DNA of 64,000 bases from Gemmatimonadales bacterium (GTDB lineage: Bacteria; Gemmatimonadota; Gemmatimonadetes; Gemmatimonadales; GWC2-71-9), in NCBI GenBank assembly GCA_041615815.1, contig JBFJCP010000013.1:32001-96000 (forward strand), written 5' to 3'. Position numbers and translations under genes: made by a program. How positions within the stretch are numbered: the stretch's first letter is position 1; the number at the start of each line of letters is the position of its first letter. Positions 37,637-47,746 of the stretch are shown in pieces. Under the pieces are notes generated by a model. The model was not told the origin of the DNA. It did no database searches and was given only the letters and a program-made list of their open reading frames with translations.

Positions 37637-39481
37637 TTACGGAGATGTTACCAGGAGCACGTCTTGGGCTGGCGGATCGTCGTAGAGACGCTCCACCGCC
37701 TCTCCCCGCTTCTCGAGCACCGCCCGCTGGTTGATGTATCCCTTGTCGGTGATCTCGTCATCGTCGATGGAGGGGGGTTCGGTGACGAGCAGAACTCGAG
37801 CGATCTTGGTGGAGGACCCGGTCTGATCGTCGTTGTACCGGCGCAAGGCACGACGAACGTGCTCTCGAACGTCAGGACAAGTCGCGAGCCGCCGGAGGTC
37901 GGGATGGGCACCGTCGTGCGAACACAGTCTCCGGCTTCCCGCCAGATCGAGCCAGGCCAACAACCCAACGCTATCGCGATCGTGGCCACACACCACGGCG
38001 TCGTGGAGTGCCGGCGCGGCCGCCGCGAGGGCTGCAACCCTCAGGGTCCCCACGTGGACCCACGTCCCTGACGTGAGCTTGAAGTCCTCCGCCACGCGGC
38101 CGTCGAACATGAGACCGCAGGACGGATCATCGGGGTCAACCAGCAGGCCCGCATCACCGATCTTGTAGAACCCCTCCTCATCGAATGCGGCCTCGGTACG
38201 CTCGGGGTCTCGCAGATAGCCCGGCGTGACGTTGGGGCCCCGCACGCGCATCTCCAACTTGGAGCCTGAGGGAAGCAGCTTGAGGTCCACCCCGGGGGCG
38301 GGAAGCCCAATGATTCCAGCCCTCGAGATCGGGAAGTGGACCGTGGTCGCCATGGGTGCGGTCTCCGTCGACCCCCATGCCGATGCCAGCATCACCGGCT
38401 CTCCGGTAGCCTCGATCGCCACCGCCTCGAGACGCTCCCACAGATCCTGCGACAGCGCCGAGCCGGCGTAGAAGATCATCTGCAGCTGTTGAAAGAACCG
38501 TTTGCGCAAGTTGGCATCCCCCTCCAACAACGGTAGCAGCATCGCATACCCAGCCGGAACGTTGCAATAGATCGTGGGCGACACCTCCTGCAGGTTTCCT
38601 ACGGTCACCTGGACGAGATCGGCCCGCGGTTTGCCCTCGTCGATGTAGAGCGTACCGCCTTGGGCGAGGACGAGGTTGAAATTGTGGTTTCCGCCAAACG
38701 TGTGATTCCACGGGAGCCAGTCGACGAGCACCGGTGGTGTGTCCCGTACGAATGGCCAACACTGCTCGATCATCTGCTGATTCGCACACAGCATCCGGTG
38801 CGTATTGATCACCCCTTTGGGGGTGCCGGTGGACCCAGACGTAAACAGATACTTGGCGATCGTATCCGGCCCAACGAGCGCTTCCGCGCGTTGCAGGGCG
38901 GGACCCGGCCGCTTGGCTTGGAGTTCATCGAACGCCACGACTCCGCGAGGCCCTTCATCGGGATCGCTCGTAACGATCTCGACTTGAGCACTTCTTAATT
39001 CCCAGAGGACGGACGCAAATGGCTCGAATCGATCCACATAGATGAGACCGGGACGCACCAGCTCCACGATGCGGTGCACCTTGCCATAATCACTCGTCAT
39101 CAGGGAGTACGCTGGAGAGACCGGCGCGATCGGTACGCCCGCCAGAAAACAACCCAGCATCAAGAGCGCGTGGTCGACGGAGTTGCCCGAGAGCACGAGC
39201 ACCGGCCGGTCGAGTCCCAGGTCGCGGCCCAGGAGACTCTGGGCAATCCGCTGGGCCGCGCGCAAGGCCTCCACATACCGCACCTCCCGCCAGCCCACCG
39301 CGGACCGCTCTGCCAGAAACACCTGTTCGGGCCGGTGCAGAGCCCAGTGCCGCAGAAACTCGCCGAGGTTACGCCCGTACGAGTGTAACGGCTGCGGGGA
39401 ACGAAGCAGCATCGAACCGTCGGCACGGTCGATCCTCGTCACCTCGGCGGGGGCCAAGAGGATGGGGGTTCGTTCCGGCAT
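37637..39481 (-). CDS. fcs: feruloyl-CoA synthase-like acyl-CoA ligase
   Basis: KYLFTSGSTGTPKG, DWLPWNHTFGGNHNF, WGSTET, DGRVAEDFKL and EITDKGYINQR motifs. Confidence 0.85.
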   Translation of the reverse strand: MPERTPILLAPAEVTRIDRADGSMLLRSPQPLHSYGRNLGEFLRHWALHRPEQVFLAERSAVGWREVRYVEALRAAQRIAQSLLGRDLGLDRPVLVLSGNSVDHALLMLGCFLAGVPIAPVSPAYSLMTSDYGKVHRIVELVRPGLIYVDRFEPFASVLWELRSAQVEIVTSDPDEGPRGVVAFDELQAKRPGPALQRAEALVGPDTIAKYLFTSGSTGTPKGVINTHRMLCANQQMIEQCWPFVRDTPPVLVDWLPWNHTFGGNHNFNLVLAQGGTLYIDEGKPRADLVQVTVGNLQEVSPTIYCNVPAGYAMLLPLLEGDANLRKRFFQQLQMIFYAGSALSQDLWERLEAVAIEATGEPVMLASAWGSTETAPMATTVHFPISRAGIIGLPAPGVDLKLLPSGSKLEMRVRGPNVTPGYLRDPERTEAAFDEEGFYKIGDAGLLVDPDDPSCGLMFDGRVAEDFKLTSGTWVHVGTLRVAALAAAAPALHDAVVCGHDRDSVGLLAWLDLAGSRRLCSHDGAHPDLRRLATCPDVREHVRRALRRYNDDQTGSSTKIARVLLVTEPPSIDDDEITDKGYINQRAVLEKRGEAVERLYDDPPAQDVLLVTSP

Positions 39482-39666
39482 GGCGGTAGGATAGCGCTCA
39501 GGCAGAACGGGCAGAAGAGGTCAAGCACACGGTAGCAGTAGGTGAGACCGGAGCATGGAAGGAGCCCAGGGTGACGTGGGCCATCACCGCCCCGCCCCTT
39601 CCGTCATCTCTCATGATGATGTTGCTTGTGAGCAAAGGGATTTCCAGACGCGGGAGGCGACCAACT

Positions 39667-39963
39667 ATGGACTGGGACGGCATTGGCACGTTTGCGGCAT
39701 TCCTCAGCGCCGGGGCCGTGACCATGGGTTGGATCGTGCTGGCGGGATACAAGGCGAAGCTCAAGGCCGAGTCTGAGCAACGACGTTTGGGAGCAGCATC
39801 GGGCGAGGCGATAGAAGAGCTTCGACGGGAAACGCACGATGCACTCCGCGAGCAACAACAACAACTGGACGAGCTCCACGAACGACTCGATTTTGCCGAG
39901 CGACTCCTGACCCGAGGACAGGGAGCGGAGCGGCCTCCGAAGCGGGAATCGACCCCCACCTAA
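39667..39963 (+). CDS. small single-TM coiled-coil protein (PspB-like architecture)
   Basis: N-terminal TM helix, then coiled coil ending ELHERLDFAERLL; GGAGG RBS. Confidence 0.8.
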   Translation: MDWDGIGTFAAFLSAGAVTMGWIVLAGYKAKLKAESEQRRLGAASGEAIEELRRETHDALREQQQQLDELHERLDFAERLLTRGQGAERPPKRESTPT

Positions 39964-40081
39964 CACGACTCCACGCCCGTGCCAGCGAGAAGGTCCCGGT
40001 GATCGACGATCCCGGGCCGGTGATGCCCACCTCGAGATTGGTCAGGAACGCGGCGGGCGTGGGCCTGCGGGAGTCTCCCGC

Positions 40082-40210
40082 CTAAACCACCACGCGGCCG
40101 GCCTCCGGGCCCTCCGCGAGCACATCGCGCAACGTGTCGAGCGCTCCCTGCAATTGGTCGCGGCTCGAGGCGGGACCCACACAGAGCCGGACCGCGTGGG
40201 GTGGTACCGC
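40082..40210 (-). pseudogene. 3' remnant of a MocR/PLP-dependent aminotransferase-family gene
   Basis: Reads AVPPHAVRLCVGPASSRDQLQGALDTLRDVLAEGPEAGRVVV-stop; an in-frame TAG lies about 10 codons upstream with no ATG in between. Confidence 0.5.
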
Positions 40211-40247
40211 GTGACGGGAGGGGCGCAGCCATCCCGCCTATCCGCCC

Positions 40248-41891
40248 TTAGTTCGACTGCGCGTACCCCTTGACATAGGCCTTGGCCACGGCGACCTCCG
40301 GACGATCTCCGGTCGCCGTTTCCATCAGCGCGACGTAGCGCGCGTACCAGTCGGCCGCGGCGGCGTGCTCGCCCGCAAGTTGCGCCGCCCACGCGGCACC
40401 AAAGACACTCCGTGCCCGGTTCGGTTCGCGCTCGAGAGTGGCCGTGTAGGCATTATAGGCGTCTTCGTACCGAGCGAACTCCACGAAGAGATCGGCCTGC
40501 AATTCCCGAGCTGAAGTAATCGGCCCGGGCGTCACCGGGTGTTTATCGGCGGCGACCTCGAGATCCGCTGCCTCGGCCGCGAAGAGTAATGCATTCGTCG
40601 TGTCGCCTTCGGCAAAGGCAACCCACGCCGAGAGTGCGAGGCGCTGAGACTTGGCGAGGTCGGCCCAGTACGCATCGCCGCCGAGCTTGCGCTCCACGGC
40701 TTGAAGCGCGTTGAGCTCGGATCGTGCGCCCTGAAGGTCTCCCAACCGCGCGGCCCCTATCCCGCGCGCGAACCGCCCAATGGCTTCGGCAAACGGAAAG
40801 TCAGGAGAGGGCCGCACGGGGAGTTTGGCCGCTTGGGCCCAGTCTCGCCGCTCGAGGGCGTAACGCGCTGGTATGGCCGCCAGGGCATACGCCGCCCCAA
40901 TGGCCTGCCCACCGGGTGCTACGCTGTCCACGCGGTGCGCCTCGTGCGCCAGCGCCCGTGCCTCCGTGTCATGACCCCGCTGAAGGTACGCGTAGGCGAG
41001 GTAGTCCATGGCGTGGAGCCGCGCATGATGAATTCCGTTTGCTTCGTCCTGTTCCTCGAGCGACCGAGCCACCGCAGCGGACGCGAGGTTGGATCCTATC
41101 GTCTCGTCCCACATCCCCAACCGCACGAAGATGTGCGAAGGCATGTGCAGGGCATGATAGGCCGCCGGAGCGATCTGTGCGTATCGTCTGGCGGCGTCCA
41201 GACCGAGGTGGGCGAGCTCGGGCGAATCGTAGATGTGTATCAGGTAGTGGGCGATCCCCGGGTGATCGGGATACCGGCGAAGGAGCGTGTCCAGTAGAGC
41301 ACCAATCTCCTGATGGCGCTCGTATGTGGAGTCGTTCTTTGGCGCATTGGCTGCCGCAGCCAGTGCATAGAAGACCGTGGCCTCGACGTCATCCGGATAC
41401 CGGCTCGCCAGCTCTCGCATTTTGACTTCGTGCGTAAGCATACGAGTGTGATGCTCGAGTTGGTCGAAATCGCGATAGAACCCGGCGATGGCTTCGAGAT
41501 AACCCCGCTCGCGCGGGGTCCCCGTCCGCATGATGGCGGCTCGTTGTAGGAGCGCCCACCCACGCCGGAGGTTTTCCTCGGGCGGCGCACCGGCGAAGGG
41601 GTTCAGCCGGAGCGTCATGGCCAACCCCCACAGCGCCATCACGCAGCTCGAGTCCGTCTCAGCCACCTGCTGGAACGCCTGTTCTGCTCTCTCCCACCAG
41701 AAGGAGTGAAGCAGGGCCACCGCGCCGGGCAGACGAGCCTGGGCAGCCGGTGCGCAGGACGTCTCCAATGTCACGCGGCCAAGCTGATCGCCGGGGATGG
41801 CCGTCGGAGCGGGTTCCTGGGCGGAGACGGCGCTGGCGAACGCAAGGCAGCAAGCGATGGCGAAAGCACTTAGCGATACGGCGGACGGCAT
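40248..41891 (-). CDS. secreted TPR-containing protein
   Basis: Signal peptide; LLHSFW, HPGIAHYLIH and HALHMPSHIFVRLG motifs; C-terminal TPR-like helices. Confidence 0.85.
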   Translation of the reverse strand: MPSAVSLSAFAIACCLAFASAVSAQEPAPTAIPGDQLGRVTLETSCAPAAQARLPGAVALLHSFWWERAEQAFQQVAETDSSCVMALWGLAMTLRLNPFAGAPPEENLRRGWALLQRAAIMRTGTPRERGYLEAIAGFYRDFDQLEHHTRMLTHEVKMRELASRYPDDVEATVFYALAAAANAPKNDSTYERHQEIGALLDTLLRRYPDHPGIAHYLIHIYDSPELAHLGLDAARRYAQIAPAAYHALHMPSHIFVRLGMWDETIGSNLASAAVARSLEEQDEANGIHHARLHAMDYLAYAYLQRGHDTEARALAHEAHRVDSVAPGGQAIGAAYALAAIPARYALERRDWAQAAKLPVRPSPDFPFAEAIGRFARGIGAARLGDLQGARSELNALQAVERKLGGDAYWADLAKSQRLALSAWVAFAEGDTTNALLFAAEAADLEVAADKHPVTPGPITSARELQADLFVEFARYEDAYNAYTATLEREPNRARSVFGAAWAAQLAGEHAAAADWYARYVALMETATGDRPEVAVAKAYVKGYAQSN

Positions 41892-42096
41892 GGAGACCCC
41901 CGAAAAGAGTACGGTGTGGTTGTGGGCAGATGATACTGGGCGCCGAGGCACCGAGCCTCGTCCTGGTACAATAGGACCGGGCGTGTCGAGGGCCGTGATG
42001 GGGGTCACATGGGGCGGGAAAGGTGCACGTGCCGAGGGGCGCAGCAACAGTCACCCTTATGTCATACCACCGCCACTGTTGCCTCTGCCGCCTGCA

Positions 42097-43419
42097 TCAA
42101 AACAGCGCCTGCACCACCGGCACGGCCGATCGTACCGTGATGATGAGCACGACGAGCAGCGCCAGGGGAATGACCGTCCGAAGCAGCCAGAGCCATGCTC
42201 TGATGGGACCCACTGCCGGGAATCCCCGAGCCAACTCCTGCTCGGCGTTGTGCGACCACACCCATCCCGTGACCACTGCAATGAGGAGTCCCCCCAGGAT
42301 TAGGAAGACCTCGCCGACCATTTTGTCGACGAACGCCAACCAGTTCGTGCTGAGCGCTCCCGGGAGACCACACAGCGTGATGGCACCACCCGCCAGCAGC
42401 GTGGTCCGGTGACGTGGCCACGCCCAGGCATCCATGACACTGGCGACGACGACTTCCAGCATGATGGTGGCCGACGTGAGAGCGGCGATATAGAGCGCGA
42501 AGAAAAAGACACCACCAACCACGGTCCCAATGGTTCCGAGGGAAGCGAAAGCGCCTGGCATGGTTATGAACAGCGCCCCGATGGGACTCGCTCCCACCTG
42601 ATTCTGCAGTCCGAGGTGATAGATCACTGGAAAGGTGACCAGTCCTCCGACGACGGCCACGGTCGTGTCCGCGACCGCGATCGTGGCCCCTTGGCCGGCG
42701 AGATTCTTCTCCGAGCGTTCCATGTACGATGCCAGCGTGATGAGCCCGCCCATGCCGAGCGAGAGAGAGAAGAACGCTTGCCCAGCCGCCGCTCCAATGA
42801 CGTTGGCATCCAGGAGCGCACCGAGATCGGGTTTGAGGTAATACGCATATCCCGCGGGGGCGCCCGAGAGCGTGGCAGCCCAGACGGCTAGCACCAGGAT
42901 GAGACCGAAGAGGACGGGCATGAGGAGCCGTGCCAGTCGCTCGATCCCACCGCGAATGCCGGCAAATACGACGAGCACCGTGAGCGTCATGCTCACCAGA
43001 AGAAACGGGAGAACCGGCAAACCACTGCTGATGGCTCCGAAATGCGCGGCGGTGTCGGCAGGGATCGCGCCGCGGACGGTGTCCAGCAGGAGTCGCGCCG
43101 TCCATGCCATGATGATGGAATAACTCGAGAGCACCAGAAACCCGACCCCAACAAACATCCACCCCAACCAGCGCCAGTGCCGGCCCGCCACTCTCTCGAA
43201 CGCGAGGATCGGACTCAGGCGCGTGTGGCGGCCGATGCTCAACTCCGCCGTGAGGAGCGGGATGCCAACCAGCAGCACGAACCCCAGGTAGAGCAGCACG
43301 AACGCCGCTCCCCCGCCCTGTGAGGCGGTATACGAAAACCGCCAGAGATTGCCCAGACCCACGGCTGCACCGACGGCCGCAAGCAGAAATCCAGTGGAGC
43401 TACGCCAGGTTTCGCGCAT
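42097..43419 (-). CDS. sodium-dependent transporter (NSS/SNF family)
   Basis: GAAVGLGNLWRF...GGGAAF and GQAFFSLSLG motifs. Confidence 0.95.
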   Translation of the reverse strand: MRETWRSSTGFLLAAVGAAVGLGNLWRFSYTASQGGGAAFVLLYLGFVLLVGIPLLTAELSIGRHTRLSPILAFERVAGRHWRWLGWMFVGVGFLVLSSYSIIMAWTARLLLDTVRGAIPADTAAHFGAISSGLPVLPFLLVSMTLTVLVVFAGIRGGIERLARLLMPVLFGLILVLAVWAATLSGAPAGYAYYLKPDLGALLDANVIGAAAGQAFFSLSLGMGGLITLASYMERSEKNLAGQGATIAVADTTVAVVGGLVTFPVIYHLGLQNQVGASPIGALFITMPGAFASLGTIGTVVGGVFFFALYIAALTSATIMLEVVVASVMDAWAWPRHRTTLLAGGAITLCGLPGALSTNWLAFVDKMVGEVFLILGGLLIAVVTGWVWSHNAEQELARGFPAVGPIRAWLWLLRTVIPLALLVVLIITVRSAVPVVQALF

Positions 43420-43433
43420 GGGAACAGTAGGAG

Positions 43434-43536
43434 GGAGTGGGAAGTGAGGGGTCAGAGGGAAGATTCGTGCAGGGAATGGCGAGCCCGAGGCGCAGCATCA
43501 ACACCCCGTTACCCCTCACTCCTCACCCCTCATCGT
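43434..43536. repeat. degenerate 7-nt periodic repeat, two inverted arms
   Basis: GGAGTGG GAAGTGA GGGGTCA ... TTACCCC TCACTCC TCACCCC. Confidence 0.65.
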
Positions 43537-43539
43537 CGT

Positions 43540-44052
43540 TCACTCCCCTCGGATGCGCCGCGTGAGTGCCGGCTCGAGTCCCATCAGTCGAGCGTATAGC
43601 GCCAGCTGCCCGCGATGATACATCTCTTGCGCGATGCCGTGGTGCAGCCACTGCAACTTGGTTCCTGGTCTGCCGTCGAATCGCTTCATGAACTGGTAAA
43701 GCGCCAGCTCTCCCGTTCGGCGAAACGCCCGCGACGCATCCAACACCTGCGTCTTCAGGAGACCCACCAGTTGTTCCTTCGTGTTGGCCTCATACGCCGG
43801 ACCGGCATACATCTTCACGAGCTTGGCAAACGGTGCTCGATGCAAGTCGGTGTCGGACCGGGTCAGCTCACCAGTCATCATCATGGACACCTCGAGAATG
43901 TGTTGCACGAGTTCCCGCAGCGTGCGGCTCTCGGGGGTAGGGCGAAAATCAAACTTATCGTCTGGGATGTTCTCGACCTCTTGGACGATCCCCTCACGTA
44001 CGTTGCGCCACGCCTCGAGTGTCTCTTCAAGGAAAGTTAGGTACGCTTCCAT
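43540..44052 (-). CDS. DinB family protein
   Basis: FRPTPESRTLRELVQHI and EMYHRGQLALYAR motifs. Confidence 0.9.
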   Translation of the reverse strand: MEAYLTFLEETLEAWRNVREGIVQEVENIPDDKFDFRPTPESRTLRELVQHILEVSMMMTGELTRSDTDLHRAPFAKLVKMYAGPAYEANTKEQLVGLLKTQVLDASRAFRRTGELALYQFMKRFDGRPGTKLQWLHHGIAQEMYHRGQLALYARLMGLEPALTRRIRGE

Positions 44053-44193
44053 TCTCAGACTCCCAGGATGACCCTTACCCGGCTACCGGACCATGACAGG
44101 CCGGAAGGATATAACATGAGGACAGATTGCAGAAGACAGAGGGCAGGCGGAGTAGGTAGCGGGCGCACAACGTGGATTGAGGGGTCGCGACAA

Positions 44194-44216
44194 CCGGGCA
44201 AGCCCGTGGAATGACG
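44194..44216 (-). repeat. degenerate CGTC-tagged REP-like palindrome
   Basis: Minus strand CGTCATTCCA-CGGGCTTGCCCGG; single copy in the window. Confidence 0.3.
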
Positions 44217-44256
44217 ATGGCAGCGGACGCATCCGAGTGCGGGCTATGCCGTGTAC

Positions 44257-44736
44257 CTAGTACTTCATCGCCTCGAGTCCCAGTGCTTTCCTGAGCAGTG
44301 CCATCTGACCGATATGATACGACTCGTGCTGCGCGAGAAACGTCACTCCGCCGAGCACCGTGCTATCGTCCACCGGAAAGCGCTGCGATGACGCCACTGC
44401 CACCGTACTCTCACTCAACCCCTCAAGGATCCCGGCGAGTTCGCGTGCCACGCTCGACCATTCCTTCCTGATGACCGACATTGGGGGAAACTCTGGAATG
44501 TCCTCGATCCCCCGGGCAACAGTGAGCAAAGCCGAATGCGGGTTACCGATATGGCTTCCCAGGTACTCGCCCAGGAAGCATCGCGCGTCCGTGAGGTGAC
44601 AGGCCAGGAATGCCAGGGAGTTGGTCGAGTCCGTAACCCGCTGCTGCGCTTGCTCGTCCGTGACGCCGTCGAGACAGTTGAGCAGCAATCTCGTATTGAG
44701 GGCGTATATCTCGCGCAGCGCGTGCAGCGACTTCAC
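44257..44736 (-). CDS. DinB family protein
   Basis: NSLAFLACHL and HESYHIGQMALLRK motifs; GTG start. Confidence 0.9.
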   Translation of the reverse strand: MKSLHALREIYALNTRLLLNCLDGVTDEQAQQRVTDSTNSLAFLACHLTDARCFLGEYLGSHIGNPHSALLTVARGIEDIPEFPPMSVIRKEWSSVARELAGILEGLSESTVAVASSQRFPVDDSTVLGGVTFLAQHESYHIGQMALLRKALGLEAMKY

Positions 44737-44754
44737 TCCTCACTCCTCACCGAT

Positions 44755-45099
44755 TCACTTCCTCTTCTGTTTTGCGGCGTTCGTGAGCATCGCTGCACTG
44801 CCCGCAAGGAGCATCGGAAACAGAACAGTCACACCCATCAAACCCCAATTCGGGAGCGAGAGGATGGGTGCAACGGCTTGGCTGAGCTCAACGATCGGCC
44901 CACGCAGGGCTGCCCATCCCAGCAAAGCGGCCCAAGCGAGACCGGAGGCGGCGGCGGCTGTCATGACGGGCGCCGTTTCCCGTGCCGCGACGATGCCCCA
45001 CACCGCCCCGACGAGTGGAACCGTCCACCATCCCACGAAAATGGTCAGGATGGTGACGATCATGAAGAGCACCACGATGCGTACGGTCACTTGCATCAT
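44755..45099 (-). CDS. hypothetical membrane protein
   Basis: 3-4 TM helices, GWW motif; start overlaps the penicillin acylase stop. Confidence 0.8.
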   Translation of the reverse strand: MMQVTVRIVVLFMIVTILTIFVGWWTVPLVGAVWGIVAARETAPVMTAAAASGLAWAALLGWAALRGPIVELSQAVAPILSLPNWGLMGVTVLFPMLLAGSAAMLTNAAKQKRK

Positions 45100-47633
45100 C
45101 GACCTCCTGACGCCGGCCGAAGGGTGAGGTCCGCCGCCACACGGTCCGGGTCGAGAGCGGCGGGCTGGGCTGGAAACAACACAGGATCCAGCTCACCGCT
45201 GACCCACTTGTCGATGCGATCCCGATACCAAGGACTCACGGGATTCCCCGATTGCCCACCAGGATAGATGGTCCATGCGCTGACATCCGGTCGCAATTCG
45301 ACCACCATCCGCCAACTGGCGCCGAACACCCCGCTTCCCGACGACGGATTGAGGGTTCCGGGCCCGCCTTGGATCGGCAGCGCGAGTGCCGAGAGGCTGG
45401 GCAACCGGAGCAGGTGGTGAATGTTGGTGTGGCGGATCCCCGCCCAGCGCCATCCACCATCCTCAGGGGATCCATGCTCTTCCTTCGCGTGCCGGAGCCC
45501 CGCTTTGAGCGCGGCCCCGAGGATGGCATCGCGGTCTTCGACTACGTCCTCAGTAGCGCCGTCATCCCACCAGACACTGAGCGGTTGGTCGAGCAGGTCC
45601 GCGAGCACCGCTGAGCCGGGCGTCGAGAGGCGGCGCGATTCGCCATCCTCCGACGGCAGCACCAGCTCGTCCCACGTCAGGCGTACCAGTTCGTCCATCG
45701 CGAGTTCAAACAGGATCGCTCGCTCGTTGTCGCGGGTGTACTGCCGGTCCCACTGTGCCAAGAGTTGGGCTGCCTCACGCAATTCGTCGTCCCCCGTCAC
45801 CTGGCTCAGCGAATGCTCGGCTGCGGCTAGAAACGCCGGTACAAAGCGATCGGCCCGTGCGCTCCCGGGATCGAGTTGAAACCGCTGCATGTCCACGGGG
45901 GTGACGGCACTGTCGGATCGAAGGAGCTGGTTGATCCGCATCGCCCGCCAAGGCGAGGGCCAGTTGGCGCCCAAATAGATGGTGTTGCTATCCGGATGCA
46001 GTGGCTCCTGGTTGGCGGAAGCCAGGAAGCCCTGCGGCGGATTCACAGCCAGGGGCAGTTGGTCGACGGTCAAGAAACCGAGCCAGTCGCTGTCATTCCG
46101 GGTTCCGTCGCGGATGACGGTGCCTCGGCCATCGCCCGGTCGCACGGGGAATCGACCCGTGGAGCGAATGGCGATGGAACCCGTCCAATCCGCCACGATC
46201 ATGTTCTGCGGCGGTGCCCGGTACGCGGCCATGGCAGCCATCCAATCACCCACACTTTCCGCTCCGGCCGCGTCGGCCAGCGCCGCGATGCTTCCCGCCT
46301 CGTCCAACGCCGTCCAACGCAGCGAGCGCGGTCGATCGCCCTCCCACTGGAGGGGGCCCCTGTGGGTGTAGTAGACCGTGTCAATGGCCAACACGTTGCC
46401 CCGCGGGCCGCGAAACTCCTCGATGCGTCGGGTTAGCGGCCGCCACGTGCCATCCACGACGTACGCCGTGGGCTGGTCCCGATCGTCCAGTGTCTCGTCG
46501 TAGAAATCCAAGACGTCGGCCTCGGTATTGGTGAAGCTCCAGGCGACTCGCCGATTGAACCCGATCACCACGCCGGGAACCCCGGGGATGGTGACCCCGT
46601 AGATGTCCAGCTCGTTGGGGACGGAGATGTGCACCTCGTACCAAATGGAGGGAAGCGTGAGCTCCAGGTGTGGGTCGCCGGCGAGCAACGCGTAGCCGGC
46701 TTCGGTGCGAGAGGGAGCGACCGCCCAATTGTTGGAACCGAGAGCGCCACGCTCTTCAACGACGATGAAAGGATCGAAGGTTGAACGGTCGAAAGGTTCG
46801 ACACCACCCGACATTCCAGCCTTCCGTCTTTCGAACGTGGCTACCACCGTCGCCGGCACCGGTTCTTCGCCTTCCGTCGTTCCATCCTTCGGGCCTCCCG
46901 TCTGTACCGGGATGATCGGCTCCTGGATGGGACTGTGCAGAGGGAAGAGAGCCTCGGTAGCTTCGGCTCCGAGCACCGCGGACACGCGTTCCCGACGGAG
47001 CTCATGCGGATTATACGTGAGGGTGTAGCCCATGCGTTTGATCAGGTAGTACGTATAGGCAGGTTCCCACCGCAGGGGCTGGGCATTCAGCAGACGGTAC
47101 TCGAGGGGAAGGTCTTCGGGGCCCATGATGTCGATCCATGCGTTGACCCCTTCTGCATAGGCCGTAACGACGACAGCGGCGGTGGACGCGGGATCGAGCT
47201 CGCCAAAATCGCGTTCGGCGCTCCAAGACAATCCCAGCGCACGCATCCTGCGATCCGCTGGCAGCAGCCTGGGCCCCAGCAGCTCGGCGAGCGTCCCCGC
47301 GGTGGCCCGCGTCTGCAGCTCCAATTGGAACAGTCGATCTCGCGCCACTACGTATCCCAGGGCTCGCGCAGCATCCGCGACACTCCCCGCAAAGATGTGC
47401 GGAACGCCCCGATCGTCGTACAGCACGCGGACTTGGCCGGCGAGCGTGGGAAGCTCGTCTCTGGCCTCTCGGGGCAGCCGCGCTGTCGCGGCAACGGCCC
47501 AGACTCCCTCGCGCGGATGAAGGAACTTTCCCAAGGGAGGGAGCGGACCAATGGGCCAGTAGCCGGCCACGAGTGTGGCAATCAGAACGATCGTCGCGAT
47601 GGCGATGCGGGCGGAGCGCATGACAGGTGACAT
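45096..47633 (-). CDS. penicillin acylase family (Ntn-hydrolase) protein
   Basis: DDRGVPHI, ARDRLFQ, GSNNW (catalytic Ser codon 46734-46736), DPHL, ASANQ and GGQSG motifs. Confidence 0.95.
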   Translation of the reverse strand: MSPVMRSARIAIATIVLIATLVAGYWPIGPLPPLGKFLHPREGVWAVAATARLPREARDELPTLAGQVRVLYDDRGVPHIFAGSVADAARALGYVVARDRLFQLELQTRATAGTLAELLGPRLLPADRRMRALGLSWSAERDFGELDPASTAAVVVTAYAEGVNAWIDIMGPEDLPLEYRLLNAQPLRWEPAYTYYLIKRMGYTLTYNPHELRRERVSAVLGAEATEALFPLHSPIQEPIIPVQTGGPKDGTTEGEEPVPATVVATFERRKAGMSGGVEPFDRSTFDPFIVVEERGALGSNNWAVAPSRTEAGYALLAGDPHLELTLPSIWYEVHISVPNELDIYGVTIPGVPGVVIGFNRRVAWSFTNTEADVLDFYDETLDDRDQPTAYVVDGTWRPLTRRIEEFRGPRGNVLAIDTVYYTHRGPLQWEGDRPRSLRWTALDEAGSIAALADAAGAESVGDWMAAMAAYRAPPQNMIVADWTGSIAIRSTGRFPVRPGDGRGTVIRDGTRNDSDWLGFLTVDQLPLAVNPPQGFLASANQEPLHPDSNTIYLGANWPSPWRAMRINQLLRSDSAVTPVDMQRFQLDPGSARADRFVPAFLAAAEHSLSQVTGDDELREAAQLLAQWDRQYTRDNERAILFELAMDELVRLTWDELVLPSEDGESRRLSTPGSAVLADLLDQPLSVWWDDGATEDVVEDRDAILGAALKAGLRHAKEEHGSPEDGGWRWAGIRHTNIHHLLRLPSLSALALPIQGGPGTLNPSSGSGVFGASWRMVVELRPDVSAWTIYPGGQSGNPVSPWYRDRIDKWVSGELDPVLFPAQPAALDPDRVAADLTLRPASGGR

Positions 47634-47746
47634 CTCTCATGTTGGGGTCGAGAAGTGCCGCGCGAGGCGGCCAAGGGCGACGATCACACAAGTGTAACAC
47701 GACGGTCCGCATCCCCGACAGCCGCCACCCTTGAACCGTCGCGAAC

